Shown in pieces: positions 8,101-17,311 of a stretch of DNA of 64,000 nt. A model generated the notes under the pieces. The model was given only the letters and a program-made list of their open reading frames with translations, did no database searches and was not told the origin of the DNA. Both the position numbers and the translations under genes were made by a program. Numbering within the stretch: the first letter of the stretch is position 1; each line of letters begins with the position of its first letter. The stretch is from an uncultured Thermodesulfatator sp. (GTDB lineage Bacteria; Desulfobacterota; Dissulfuribacteria; Dissulfuribacterales; QOAL01): positions 8,775-72,774 of the forward strand of contig CAZOMT010000002.1 in the NCBI GenBank assembly GCA_964581255.1, in the 5' to 3' direction.

Positions 8101-9480
8101 CTTTATACATGTCCCACCCAGTTGCAGGTTTATGGTGAGGGCAGAAAGAAGCGTGCTGCAAACCTTTGGCTTCAGGCACACCAGGTCCAGCCAGGCCCTG
8201 ATGTTTTGCAGATGTGCTGGATTGCTCAGGACATGCCATTCTATGTCAACGCCTTGTATGCCAGGGGTCTGAAATCCAAACTTTACCACTTCTTCGAGAA
8301 ACAACTCTATGAGCCTGGTGTTCTCCCTTTGGAGGATCTCTCTTCCTATGGCATTTATGCACTGAAGGGCGGTTCTTGGAAACTGGCCTACCTGTTGTTT
8401 GAGAAGGGTGAAGCTTCTTGGCAAGACCTTTCTAAGTTCATAAAAGTCCGCTGTTTTGACAAGGCAAAGGAGGTTTTTGTTCAGCTGCCTGAGTATCTCT
8501 TCATGGATAAGGTTAAGGCCCTCCATCTCAACCATGTGGAAGAGAAACAAGAGATAAATGGAAATACCTTCTACCTCCCGGCCCTTTTCATCCTCGAACG
8601 ACAATCGGCAAGGCATCTGGCCGAGTTCCTGGGCGATTTCCTTGTACTTGCGAACCACGTCCATGTAGCCCGGAAGCTCTGCCAGCGCAAGCACCGCATC
8701 TCTGCCTTTCTGATTCCTCGCTATTTCGTGGACCTTATCTATGAGCTCCTGAAAAAAGTCATGGCTGACAGGGTCTAAAAGGCGCATTATCCTTTGATAA
8801 TCCTCAGGATCAATACGCAGCCCATAATTTTTGAGGCTCTGTTTTAGCCACTTTTGTGGACCTTCAATACCCAGCCAATACTTATAGGAAACAAGCCGCA
8901 CCTTTAACATGAGTTCCTTGCACCAATGCCAAAGGTCCTGGTGCTTGACATTTTCTGGAACCCTGTCCGCAAGCCGCTTCATAAGCCTTGCCAGTGGATG
9001 ATAGCTTGTGGCTATTGCAGCTATAATTTCGGTTTCGACCTGATTTAGATTTTTGAAGATATCGCTGAAGGCAGGAAGAAGCTTCTGGAGGGTTTCGTCA
9101 TCAGTGGCCTGCACAATCTTTTCCATATAGGCCAGAAGGCCATCGGCAGCAGAGACCTTTTGCTTCTTTCTCGGCGCCTCCTCTATCAGGTCGAGGAATG
9201 TCTCGAGAAGTACCCTGCACGCCCCTGTACCCTCTGGTGCGCGGATATATGTATTAAAATTCTTGAGGGCAAAGGAGCGCAGGTCACTGACCAGGGCCGT
9301 CCAGTTCTTGAAGGGATGATGGAGTTCAAACAAGAGATTGTCAACGGCCCTCAAGACACCTTTGTAATCGGAAACAGCCTGCCTCAAGACCTTGTATTTC
9401 TCCTCGATGTGGAGCTGCTTGACCTCTGTTTCCTTGAGGTTTACCTTCAGGGCCTTTGACTGTTCGAGTATCTCCGCCAT
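5200..9480 (-). CDS. giant PEP-utilising-enzyme family protein: about 900-aa unknown helical N-region, PPDK-type ATP-grasp nucleotide-binding domain and phospho-His swivel domain; no PEP/pyruvate TIM-barrel domain
   Basis: The C-terminal third carries [82 protein letters not shown] and the swivel motif [13 protein letters not shown]. The track start 9546 overlaps gap by 64 nt. The ATG at 9480 (MAEILEQ...) sits 2 nt after the gap stop, so I prefer it. Confidence 0.8.
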   Translation of the reverse strand: [1426 protein letters not shown]

Positions 9481-9482
9481 GC

Positions 9483-10541
<1,059 letters not shown>

Positions 10542-11042
10542 TTAAGGGAAATGCATCTCCATAACTGCAAAATTTTTTTTATTTCTTTGGTTTGAATCGG
10601 AAAATTGAAAACCCAAGCCTTGATAAAACCCTATAGCGCGTTCATTTTCCCTATGTACATCGAGGACAGCTCTTTTTATCTTGCGTCTCAGACCGAGACC
10701 AAGGCAAGTGAGAATCAAACAACTTCCAATACCTCTGCGTCTGAAACCTTTCTCCACTGCAAGATTTAGGATATAAAGCTCTGGCTGGATTATCCTAAAA
10801 CAGATGTAGCCTGCGACCTTTTCGGGCTGTGGCCTCTGGCATGCCACCCAGAACGACGATATGTTGTCGTTTGCCAACTCTTTGGCTATGGAAACCCTAC
10901 TCCAGGGCCTTAAATGGGCCCCATGCTCTATTGCGCTTATGGAGCCGAGATCAGAAGCTTGAGCCCTTCTAATAAGCAGTCTATTGATCCTTCTGAAGTC
11001 CCGGGCCTTTGCCAGGATCTGGCCCAACTCAACTGCCTTCAA
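10542..11042 (-). CDS. rimI: GNAT acetyltransferase, RimI-like (ribosomal-protein-alanine N-acetyltransferase)
   Basis: LNLAVEKGFRRRGIGSCLI (the Q/RxxGxG/A acetyl-CoA motif) and NERAIGFYQGLGF. The only in-frame ATG (11153) overlaps the upstream EIIA gene by 100 nt, so a TTG start (11042 or 11027) is more likely. The start is uncertain. Confidence 0.65.
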   Translation of the reverse strand: MKAVELGQILAKARDFRRINRLLIRRAQASDLGSISAIEHGAHLRPWSRVSIAKELANDNISSFWVACQRPQPEKVAGYICFRIIQPELYILNLAVEKGFRRRGIGSCLILTCLGLGLRRKIKRAVLDVHRENERAIGFYQGLGFQFSDSNQRNKKNFAVMEMHFP

Positions 11043-11053
11043 AATGGCAAGGA

Positions 11054-11455
11054 TTATTTCTTGAGGATTTGGGTAGCCTGACTGATGCTTTTTCTCGCAT
11101 ATTCCACAATGGATGCTGCTGTTTCGTAGAGCCCGAGAGAGCCGTCTCTGCATTGGGATAGGCGGATGAGCATCGGAAGATTTGCCCCTGTAATCACCTC
11201 TACCCTTCCCTCTTCTAGAAAACTCAAGGTCATGTTTGCAGGGGTACCGCCAAACATATCCGTGAGTACGAGTATGCCATCACCTTGATCCACGGCATTG
11301 ATGGCCTTTTTTATCTCATTTTGCATATCTTCCACTGACCTCGATGGATCAATGGATAGGGCTATGAGATTTTCCTGGGGGCCAACTATGAAATTGGTCG
11401 TCTGAACCAGCTCTTGAGCAAGATTTCCATGAGCTGCAACTACTACACCGATCAT
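11054..11455 (-). CDS. PTS EIIA component, mannose/fructose family
   Basis: MIGVVVAAHGNLAQEL (N-terminal phospho-His motif of EIIA-Man), 133 aa, located downstream of rapZ as in many sigma-54 clusters. Confidence 0.75.
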   Translation of the reverse strand: MIGVVVAAHGNLAQELVQTTNFIVGPQENLIALSIDPSRSVEDMQNEIKKAINAVDQGDGILVLTDMFGGTPANMTLSFLEEGRVEVITGANLPMLIRLSQCRDGSLGLYETAASIVEYARKSISQATQILKK

Positions 11456-11460
11456 ATGAA

Positions 11461-12345
11461 TTATCCTTCTCTATCCAGATCTCTGTGGGTGACAATAACC
11501 TCCTGGCCCTGACGTGTAAACAATTCCCCAAGCCATCTGGCCACAGAAACACTCCTGTGCCGCCCCCCTGTGCATCCAACCCCTATAACCAGATAAACCT
11601 TTCCCTCTTCCTGGTAAAGGGGAATGAGAAATGAAAACATGTTCTCAAGATGTTTCACAAATTCCTTGGTCCTCTCCTTTTCGAAGACAAAATCGTAGAC
11701 TGGATCCTCGAGGCCACTAAGGGGACGAAGCTCTGGCACGAAATAAGGATTGGGAAGAAACCGCACATCAAAGACCAGGTTTGCATCAGGGGGCACACCG
11801 TACTTGAATCCAAAGGAAACCACGTGAATCAGAGGTCTTGTGAGGTCCTCTCGGGAGGAATAGAGATCCAGGACCATGCGTCTAAGCTGATGGACATTCT
11901 TTTTTGAGGTATCGATGAAATTGTCCGCGCACTCCCTTAGACCTCTGAGCCTTTCCCGCTCTTCCTTTATGGCAGCCTCCAAATCACCCTTTTTCTGCAG
12001 GGGATGCTTTCTCCTGGTCTGGTTGAACCTCTGTACCAAGACGTTATCAGAGGCTCCGAGAAAGAGCACCTCGAGGTGAAAGCCCTTCTCCTTAACTTCT
12101 CTGAATATGGCATTGTACTGATCGAGGAAGCCCTTCTCCCTTACATCCATGACAAGGGCGATACGAGTCGGAATCTCGGCAATCTTTTCACTCAGAGACA
12201 GAAACTGGGGGAGGAGTGTAATGGGCAGATTGTCTACACAGTAGTAGCCCATGTCTTCAAATGCCTTGAGGGCCGTACTCTTGCCTGACCCAGACATGCC
12301 GGTTATGACAACTACCTGAATATTCTTATCCAAAACAGCAGTCAC
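11461..12345 (-). CDS. rapZ: RNase adapter protein RapZ (YhbJ)
   Basis: ITGMSGSGKSTALKAFEDMGYYCVDNLP N-terminus and C-terminal IGCTGGRHRSV motif; 294 aa. Confidence 0.9.
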   Translation of the reverse strand: MTAVLDKNIQVVVITGMSGSGKSTALKAFEDMGYYCVDNLPITLLPQFLSLSEKIAEIPTRIALVMDVREKGFLDQYNAIFREVKEKGFHLEVLFLGASDNVLVQRFNQTRRKHPLQKKGDLEAAIKEERERLRGLRECADNFIDTSKKNVHQLRRMVLDLYSSREDLTRPLIHVVSFGFKYGVPPDANLVFDVRFLPNPYFVPELRPLSGLEDPVYDFVFEKERTKEFVKHLENMFSFLIPLYQEEGKVYLVIGVGCTGGRHRSVSVARWLGELFTRQGQEVIVTHRDLDREG

Positions 12346-12392
12346 CCCAAAACCACAAAAGAGAACAACAACATGAAATACACCAGACGGGA

Positions 12393-12854
12393 TCAGAGAT
12401 GATTTTCAGCCTCGGCTATTATCTGTTTTATCTCTGTTGCATCCCTGGCATTACGTATCCTGTCCACTACTCCTTCCATTTTGAGTACCCGTGAAATCCT
12501 GGCCAGAACCTTAAGATAGGTAGTAGTTGCATCGTCTGGTGCAAGAAGGAGCACGATGACATAAACCGGCATCGCATCCACTGCATCAAAAGGTGCACCA
12601 TCTTTGCATCTGGCAACGATTATACACAGGGTCTTGAGTCCTGGTATCTTTCCATGGGGTATGGCTATCCCCTGACCAATGCCAGTAGTGCCAAGGTCCT
12701 CTCTTTCATGTAGGATATCGAAAATTTGAGCTTCGTCCATCCCCTCGGCTATTGCAACAGCCTTGGCTGCAAGCTTTTTAAGGACTTCCTCCTTGGAGGT
12801 GGCCTTGAAATCAGGGTCAATACCTTTGGTGCAAAGATGGTTTAAAATCCTCAC
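12393..12854 (-). CDS. ptsN: PTS EIIA-Ntr (nitrogen regulatory IIA protein)
   Basis: GIGQGIAIPHGK phospho-His motif, 153 aa, positioned between hpf and rapZ. Confidence 0.85.
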   Translation of the reverse strand: MRILNHLCTKGIDPDFKATSKEEVLKKLAAKAVAIAEGMDEAQIFDILHEREDLGTTGIGQGIAIPHGKIPGLKTLCIIVARCKDGAPFDAVDAMPVYVIVLLLAPDDATTTYLKVLARISRVLKMEGVVDRIRNARDATEIKQIIAEAENHL

Positions 12855-12857
12855 TGA

Positions 12858-13382
12858 TCACGGTTCCAATAAGCCCAAACCCCCATCCTTGCGCCAATAG
12901 ATCACATTGACCCTATTGGTATCTGCATTCAAAAAGGCAAGAAAGCCGCTGCCGCTTATTTGCAACTGGTCTGCCGCCTCTTCTATCGACATGGGTTTGG
13001 GATTGATCTTCTGTATTGTGATAACCGGCTCCTGGCCAGTGTCATCTGGGGAATATTCTGGTTTCTGGATGCTTCCTGCGCTTGCGGAGGAGTACCTCTT
13101 GCTCTTGATCTTTTCTCGGAACTTTTTGAGTTGCCGTTCGATCTTGTCCAGGACAAGATCTATAGCCGCCCTAAGATCATCGTGCTCTTGTTTGGCCGCA
13201 GCCCTTATCCCGTTCCCTGACACCACCACCTCGGCAGTATTCCTGAATTTTTCAGATGACAACACCACATGGACGTTCATGGGTGAATCGCTATATTTCA
13301 TAAGACGGGAATATCTCTCTCTAACGTAGTCCTTCAACTCCTCTGATGGCTTTGTATGACGAAACGTCACATTAATCTGCAT
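12858..13382 (-). CDS. hpf: ribosome hibernation promoting factor, long form
   Basis: MQINVTFRHTKPSEELKDYV N-terminus, 174 aa with a C-terminal dimerisation extension, immediately downstream of rpoN. Confidence 0.88.
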   Translation of the reverse strand: MQINVTFRHTKPSEELKDYVRERYSRLMKYSDSPMNVHVVLSSEKFRNTAEVVVSGNGIRAAAKQEHDDLRAAIDLVLDKIERQLKKFREKIKSKRYSSASAGSIQKPEYSPDDTGQEPVITIQKINPKPMSIEEAADQLQISGSGFLAFLNADTNRVNVIYWRKDGGLGLLEP

Positions 13383-13409
13383 ATAAATCCTCCATTGATA
13401 TTAAAAAAA

Positions 13410-14888
13410 TCAGACCTTGGGGCGCTTTCTCCGGCTCGAGGGCAGTATTCCCATGAGATCCCTGTACTTGGCGACTGTCCTGCGTGCAATCTTTATATTG
13501 TCCTTGGCGAGTATTTCCACGATCTGCTTGTCGCTGTATGGCTTGACAGGATCTTCACTCTCTATGAGTCTTTTGATTTTTTCCTTGACACTCTGAGACG
13601 CGACTTCTGGAGCCCCATCCCGTCTCGGCAATCCGGTACTGAAAAAATATTTGAGTTCAAAGATGCCTTGGGGGGTATGCACATACTTGTTTGAGGTGAC
13701 CCGGCTTATGGTAGATTCGTGCATGCCCACATCCTCAGCAACATCCCTGAGCACCAGAGGTTTCAAGTAGGCTATGCCCTTGTCGAGAAATTCTCTCTGA
13801 AACTTCACAATGGACTGAGTGACCTTGAATATGGTTTTTTTTCTCTGATGGATGCTCTTTATGAGCCAGAGAGCGGATTTCATCTTTTCCTGGATAAATT
13901 CCCTGGCCTCGTCTGGAGCCTTGCCGTTTTTGACAGCCTCTTTGTAATAAGGGCTTATCCTCAGGTTAGGCATCTCTTCTTCATTCAGTGAGACCACATA
14001 CTCATCATCCACCTTGTAGACATATATATCTGGAACCACATATTGGGTCGCTTCTGAGCTGAAGGCCCTTCCTGGCCTCGGCTCCAGACTCTTGATCACC
14101 TCTATGGCCTGAACCACCTCTTCTGGACTCCTGCCAGTGGCTTTGGCGATCTGTTGGTAATTGTGTAACTCAACCTGGTGAAGATGCTCGGAAACAAGCT
14201 CCTGGACAAGGGGATCATCTATACCCAGATGACGGATCTGGATGAGAAGACATTCCCTGAGATCCCTTGCAGCAACCCCCACTGGATCGAATTCCTGGAC
14301 CCTGGAGAGAACGGCCTCAACATCTTCGTCACTCGCAGAACATGCCTCTGCTATCTCCTGAACTGTTGCCTTTAGATACCCATCCTTGTCAAGGTTGCCT
14401 ATGATATGCTGTGCGATATGACGTTGATTTTCATCCAAGTCTGACATTTGTAGCTGCCAAATGAGATGATCCGGCAGGTCGGAACTTGAGGCTACTATGT
14501 TTTCATAATTTGGGGCTTCCTTTTCTTCAAAGGAATAGGAAGGCAGTGCCCTCCTGTATTCGTCATCCCAAACCTCCTGCCAATTTGTCTCTTTCACAGC
14601 CTCCTTATCCCAAGGAGTTTTGGCATCTTCAGAGGATGCAAGCTCAGGAACTGTCTCCTGGCCCCACTCCTGGGTCTCAGCTGCACCTGAATCTCCAGAA
14701 CGTTCGTGTTGTTGATCCAATTCCCCGGCCGTGACCTCTTCCAGCACAGGGTTTGCCTCCAGTTCCTGATTTATGGTTTCTATGAGTTCCAGGCGGGAAA
14801 GCTGCAGCAGTTTTATTGCCTGCTGCAACTGGGGTGTCATAACAAGTTGTTGTGTAAGCTTGAGATTTTGTCGAAGTTCAAGGGCCAT
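13410..14888 (-). CDS. rpoN: RNA polymerase sigma-54 factor
   Basis: N-terminal MALELRQNLKLTQQLVMTPQLQQAIKLLQLS and the C-terminal RpoN box ARRTVAKYR; 492 aa. Confidence 0.96.
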   Translation of the reverse strand: MALELRQNLKLTQQLVMTPQLQQAIKLLQLSRLELIETINQELEANPVLEEVTAGELDQQHERSGDSGAAETQEWGQETVPELASSEDAKTPWDKEAVKETNWQEVWDDEYRRALPSYSFEEKEAPNYENIVASSSDLPDHLIWQLQMSDLDENQRHIAQHIIGNLDKDGYLKATVQEIAEACSASDEDVEAVLSRVQEFDPVGVAARDLRECLLIQIRHLGIDDPLVQELVSEHLHQVELHNYQQIAKATGRSPEEVVQAIEVIKSLEPRPGRAFSSEATQYVVPDIYVYKVDDEYVVSLNEEEMPNLRISPYYKEAVKNGKAPDEAREFIQEKMKSALWLIKSIHQRKKTIFKVTQSIVKFQREFLDKGIAYLKPLVLRDVAEDVGMHESTISRVTSNKYVHTPQGIFELKYFFSTGLPRRDGAPEVASQSVKEKIKRLIESEDPVKPYSDKQIVEILAKDNIKIARRTVAKYRDLMGILPSSRRKRPKV

Positions 14889-14894
14889 AACTAC

Positions 14895-15629
14895 CTAAAG
14901 TGAAAAGCCTTCTCCCAAATAAATTTTTCTTGCAATTCGGCTTGTTGCAATCTTTTCAGGGCTGCCATGTTCTATCACCTTCCCTGCGCTTACAATATAT
15001 GCGCTATCACACACAGTCAAGGTTTCCCGCACGTTGTGATCCGACAGGAAGATGCCTATGCCCTTTGTCTTAAGATCCCTAATAATCTCCTGGATGTCAG
15101 CCACAGCCAATGGATCCACACCTGCAAAAGGCTCATCGAGAAGAATGAATTTCGGGTCCGTGGCCAGGGCCCTAGCCACTTCCACACGCCTTCTCTCGCC
15201 ACCAGAAAGGGACTCGGCCTTCTGAGACGCAAGGGCCTTTAGACCCATCTCCTCAAGCAGGCGGCTGACTCTTTCCTCTTGTTCCTTTTTTGTAAACCTC
15301 CTGTTCTCAAAAACTATCTTTATGTTATCAGAAACAGACAATTTCCTGAAAACAGAAGGCTCCTGGGGCAGATAGGTTATGCCAAGCCTCGCCCTCTTGT
15401 ACATGGGAAGGTCAGTGATATCCACTCCATCGAGAAATACCCTGCCGTCATCAGGTCTGATAAGCCCGGCTATCATGTAGAATGTCGTGGTCTTACCCGC
15501 CCCATTCGGGCCAAGAAGACCCACAATTGTTCCATTTTCTAGGCGCAAGTCGACTCCGTCCACAACCTTCCGCTTTTTATAGATCTTGACAAGTCCCTGG
15601 GCTTCAAGGACGCTTGGCTCGTGTGTCAT
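14895..15629 (-). CDS. lptB: LPS export ABC transporter ATP-binding protein LptB (canonical copy)
   Basis: [37 protein letters not shown] and C-terminal YLGEGFSL; located between lptA and rpoN. Confidence 0.93.
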   Translation of the reverse strand: MTHEPSVLEAQGLVKIYKKRKVVDGVDLRLENGTIVGLLGPNGAGKTTTFYMIAGLIRPDDGRVFLDGVDITDLPMYKRARLGITYLPQEPSVFRKLSVSDNIKIVFENRRFTKKEQEERVSRLLEEMGLKALASQKAESLSGGERRRVEVARALATDPKFILLDEPFAGVDPLAVADIQEIIRDLKTKGIGIFLSDHNVRETLTVCDSAYIVSAGKVIEHGSPEKIATSRIARKIYLGEGFSL

Positions 15630-15634
15630 CTAAT

Positions 15635-16171
15635 TCAATCCGAATACACCACAGCTTCTACTCTGTCCTTTCCTGAGCTTTCCACAACGCTCCTGTTCTC
15701 ATTCACGTAAAGGGTTATCTTGTCTCCCTTGATGGTATTTGAACCATCCCATATCATGGCGTCCTTTAAAAGTACTATCTTTTCCTGGGGCTTGTAGTAA
15801 ATGGCCTCCTTGGCTGAAGCCCTTCGCTTCCCCTGTACGATCTTCAGGTGACCCTTTGCCACAATCTTTTTGAGCTTCCTGCCCCCTTTTTCACCTTGAC
15901 TTGCACCACTCTTAGCTCTTTTCTTGGCATAAAAGACCTCAAGGACATCGGAATAGATGGTCAAATCACCCTTTTTGGCCACCACATTCCCTGTAAATAC
16001 CACAGTGCCTTTTTGGTCTTTGACTTCCATCTTTTCACTGGTAATCCTGATGGCTTCAGATTGTCTCTTCTCTTTACCCTTATCGGCAAAAACCGCCTGG
16101 GAAAGCAACGCCCACAAAAGGACAACACCCAACAAAAGAAACACTGTGCCATAGCTCTTTTTTCTCTTCAC
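15635..16171 (-). CDS. lptA: LPS transport periplasmic protein LptA (OstA-like)
   Basis: Signal peptide (VFLLLGVVLLWALLSQAVFA), 178 aa, beta-rich sequence, sandwiched between lptC and lptB. Confidence 0.8.
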   Translation of the reverse strand: MKRKKSYGTVFLLLGVVLLWALLSQAVFADKGKEKRQSEAIRITSEKMEVKDQKGTVVFTGNVVAKKGDLTIYSDVLEVFYAKKRAKSGASQGEKGGRKLKKIVAKGHLKIVQGKRRASAKEAIYYKPQEKIVLLKDAMIWDGSNTIKGDKITLYVNENRSVVESSGKDRVEAVVYSD

Positions 16172-16183
16172 GATGTCTCCTTA

Positions 16184-16756
16184 TTAATCTATCTCAGAAC
16201 CTTGTTCAGAAATCACAGCCCTTGGAGAAAGCAGAATGAGCCTGCTGTCTTTAATGTAGTATATCATGGAATGGCCCAGGAGTCTGTTGCCACCAGCACC
16301 AACCATTTCTGCAGTTCCAGGCGACCTTATCGTCATGTCTTGAGGATCGTACAAGAGCTGATCTGAATACAGGACGTAATCCCTGAAACCTCTGACCACC
16401 ACATCTCCACTCACCCTGAGATCCCCCTGGTCCAAATCATAGAGGCCCTTTCTGGCAATCACGTTCACAGGCTGACTTCCAGTGGGCAAAAATGTGATCT
16501 TGACATTGTCGAATTCACACTTGCGCTTCTTTTCAAAAAACTTGGCAACATCTGCCTGCACCACCCACTGGGAGCCTTTCCCCCTGGCATCCCTGCGATA
16601 TTTTATATCGTAAAGGATCAGGTCCGCCTTCAACCTTTTGAAATCCGGGGACCTGAAAACCCCCCGGTCGGTATCCTCTTGCCAGAAAGTGAACAAGAGC
16701 ACCGCCATTAGCAATGTGAGAGCAGACCATAAGAGATGTTTTTTGGCCACTGGCAA
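16184..16756 (-). CDS. lptC: LPS export system protein LptC (canonical copy)
   Basis: Single N-terminal TM anchor (LLWSALTLLMAVLLFTFW), 190 aa, in the order kdsC-lptC-lptA-lptB. Confidence 0.8.
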   Translation of the reverse strand: MPVAKKHLLWSALTLLMAVLLFTFWQEDTDRGVFRSPDFKRLKADLILYDIKYRRDARGKGSQWVVQADVAKFFEKKRKCEFDNVKITFLPTGSQPVNVIARKGLYDLDQGDLRVSGDVVVRGFRDYVLYSDQLLYDPQDMTIRSPGTAEMVGAGGNRLLGHSMIYYIKDSRLILLSPRAVISEQGSEID

Positions 16757-16762
16757 TCAAAA

Positions 16763-17311
16763 TCAGGCTGAAGAGCCGAGAAATCTGTCAAAATAGTAGG
16801 CCCACTTCTTCTTTCCCTTTAGGATCAGTTCGCAGACCTCCCTTACTGCACCGGCACCACCTGGCCTTTCTGTTGTGTAGTCCACATGGTCAGACAGGCC
16901 TGAAGCCGCATTTTGCACGATAACAGACAGTCCCACAGATTTCAAAATAGGTAGATCCACGAGATCATCCCCCACGGCAGCCACCTTTTCAGGTGAAAGG
17001 CCCAGACGGGTAAGGAGTTGCCTGAAACAGGCCGCCTTGTCTGATACTCCCTGATAAAGGAAATGGATGCCTAGCTCAGAGGCTCGTCTTTCAAGGGCCT
17101 GGCTCTTTCTGGCACTTATGATGGCAATCTTGACGCCACTTTCTGAAAGAAGCTTAATCCCAAGGCCATCATGGACGTGAAACGATAATACCTGCTGTCC
17201 GTCCGTGGAGTAGACTATACGGCCGTCAGTCAACACACCGTCAACATCGAGCACCAAAAGCTCTATAGAAGCTGCCTTGGACAATAACTGGGCCTCGTGA
17301 ATGGACGACAA
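16763..17311 (-). CDS. kdsC: 3-deoxy-D-manno-octulosonate 8-phosphate phosphatase (HAD family)
   Basis: LVLDVDGVLTDG HAD motif I, GDDLVDLP motif; 182 aa, downstream of kdsA. Confidence 0.88.
   Translation of the reverse strand: MSSIHEAQLLSKAASIELLVLDVDGVLTDGRIVYSTDGQQVLSFHVHDGLGIKLLSESGVKIAIISARKSQALERRASELGIHFLYQGVSDKAACFRQLLTRLGLSPEKVAAVGDDLVDLPILKSVGLSVIVQNAASGLSDHVDYTTERPGGAGAVREVCELILKGKKKWAYYFDRFLGSSA

Noticed and set aside
7891-8778. 295-aa plus-strand ORF, and similar long antisense ORFs such as 9603..10430, 17435..18253, 18845..19486, 22194..22976, 3910..4527 and 36945..37469.
   Set aside because: All lie entirely within well-supported opposite-strand genes (PPDK-like, gap, kdsA, pyrG, AI-2E, gap-like, ABC). 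They have odd composition (Cys/His/Trp/Pro-rich or low complexity) and no recognisable motifs, so they are shadow ORFs.
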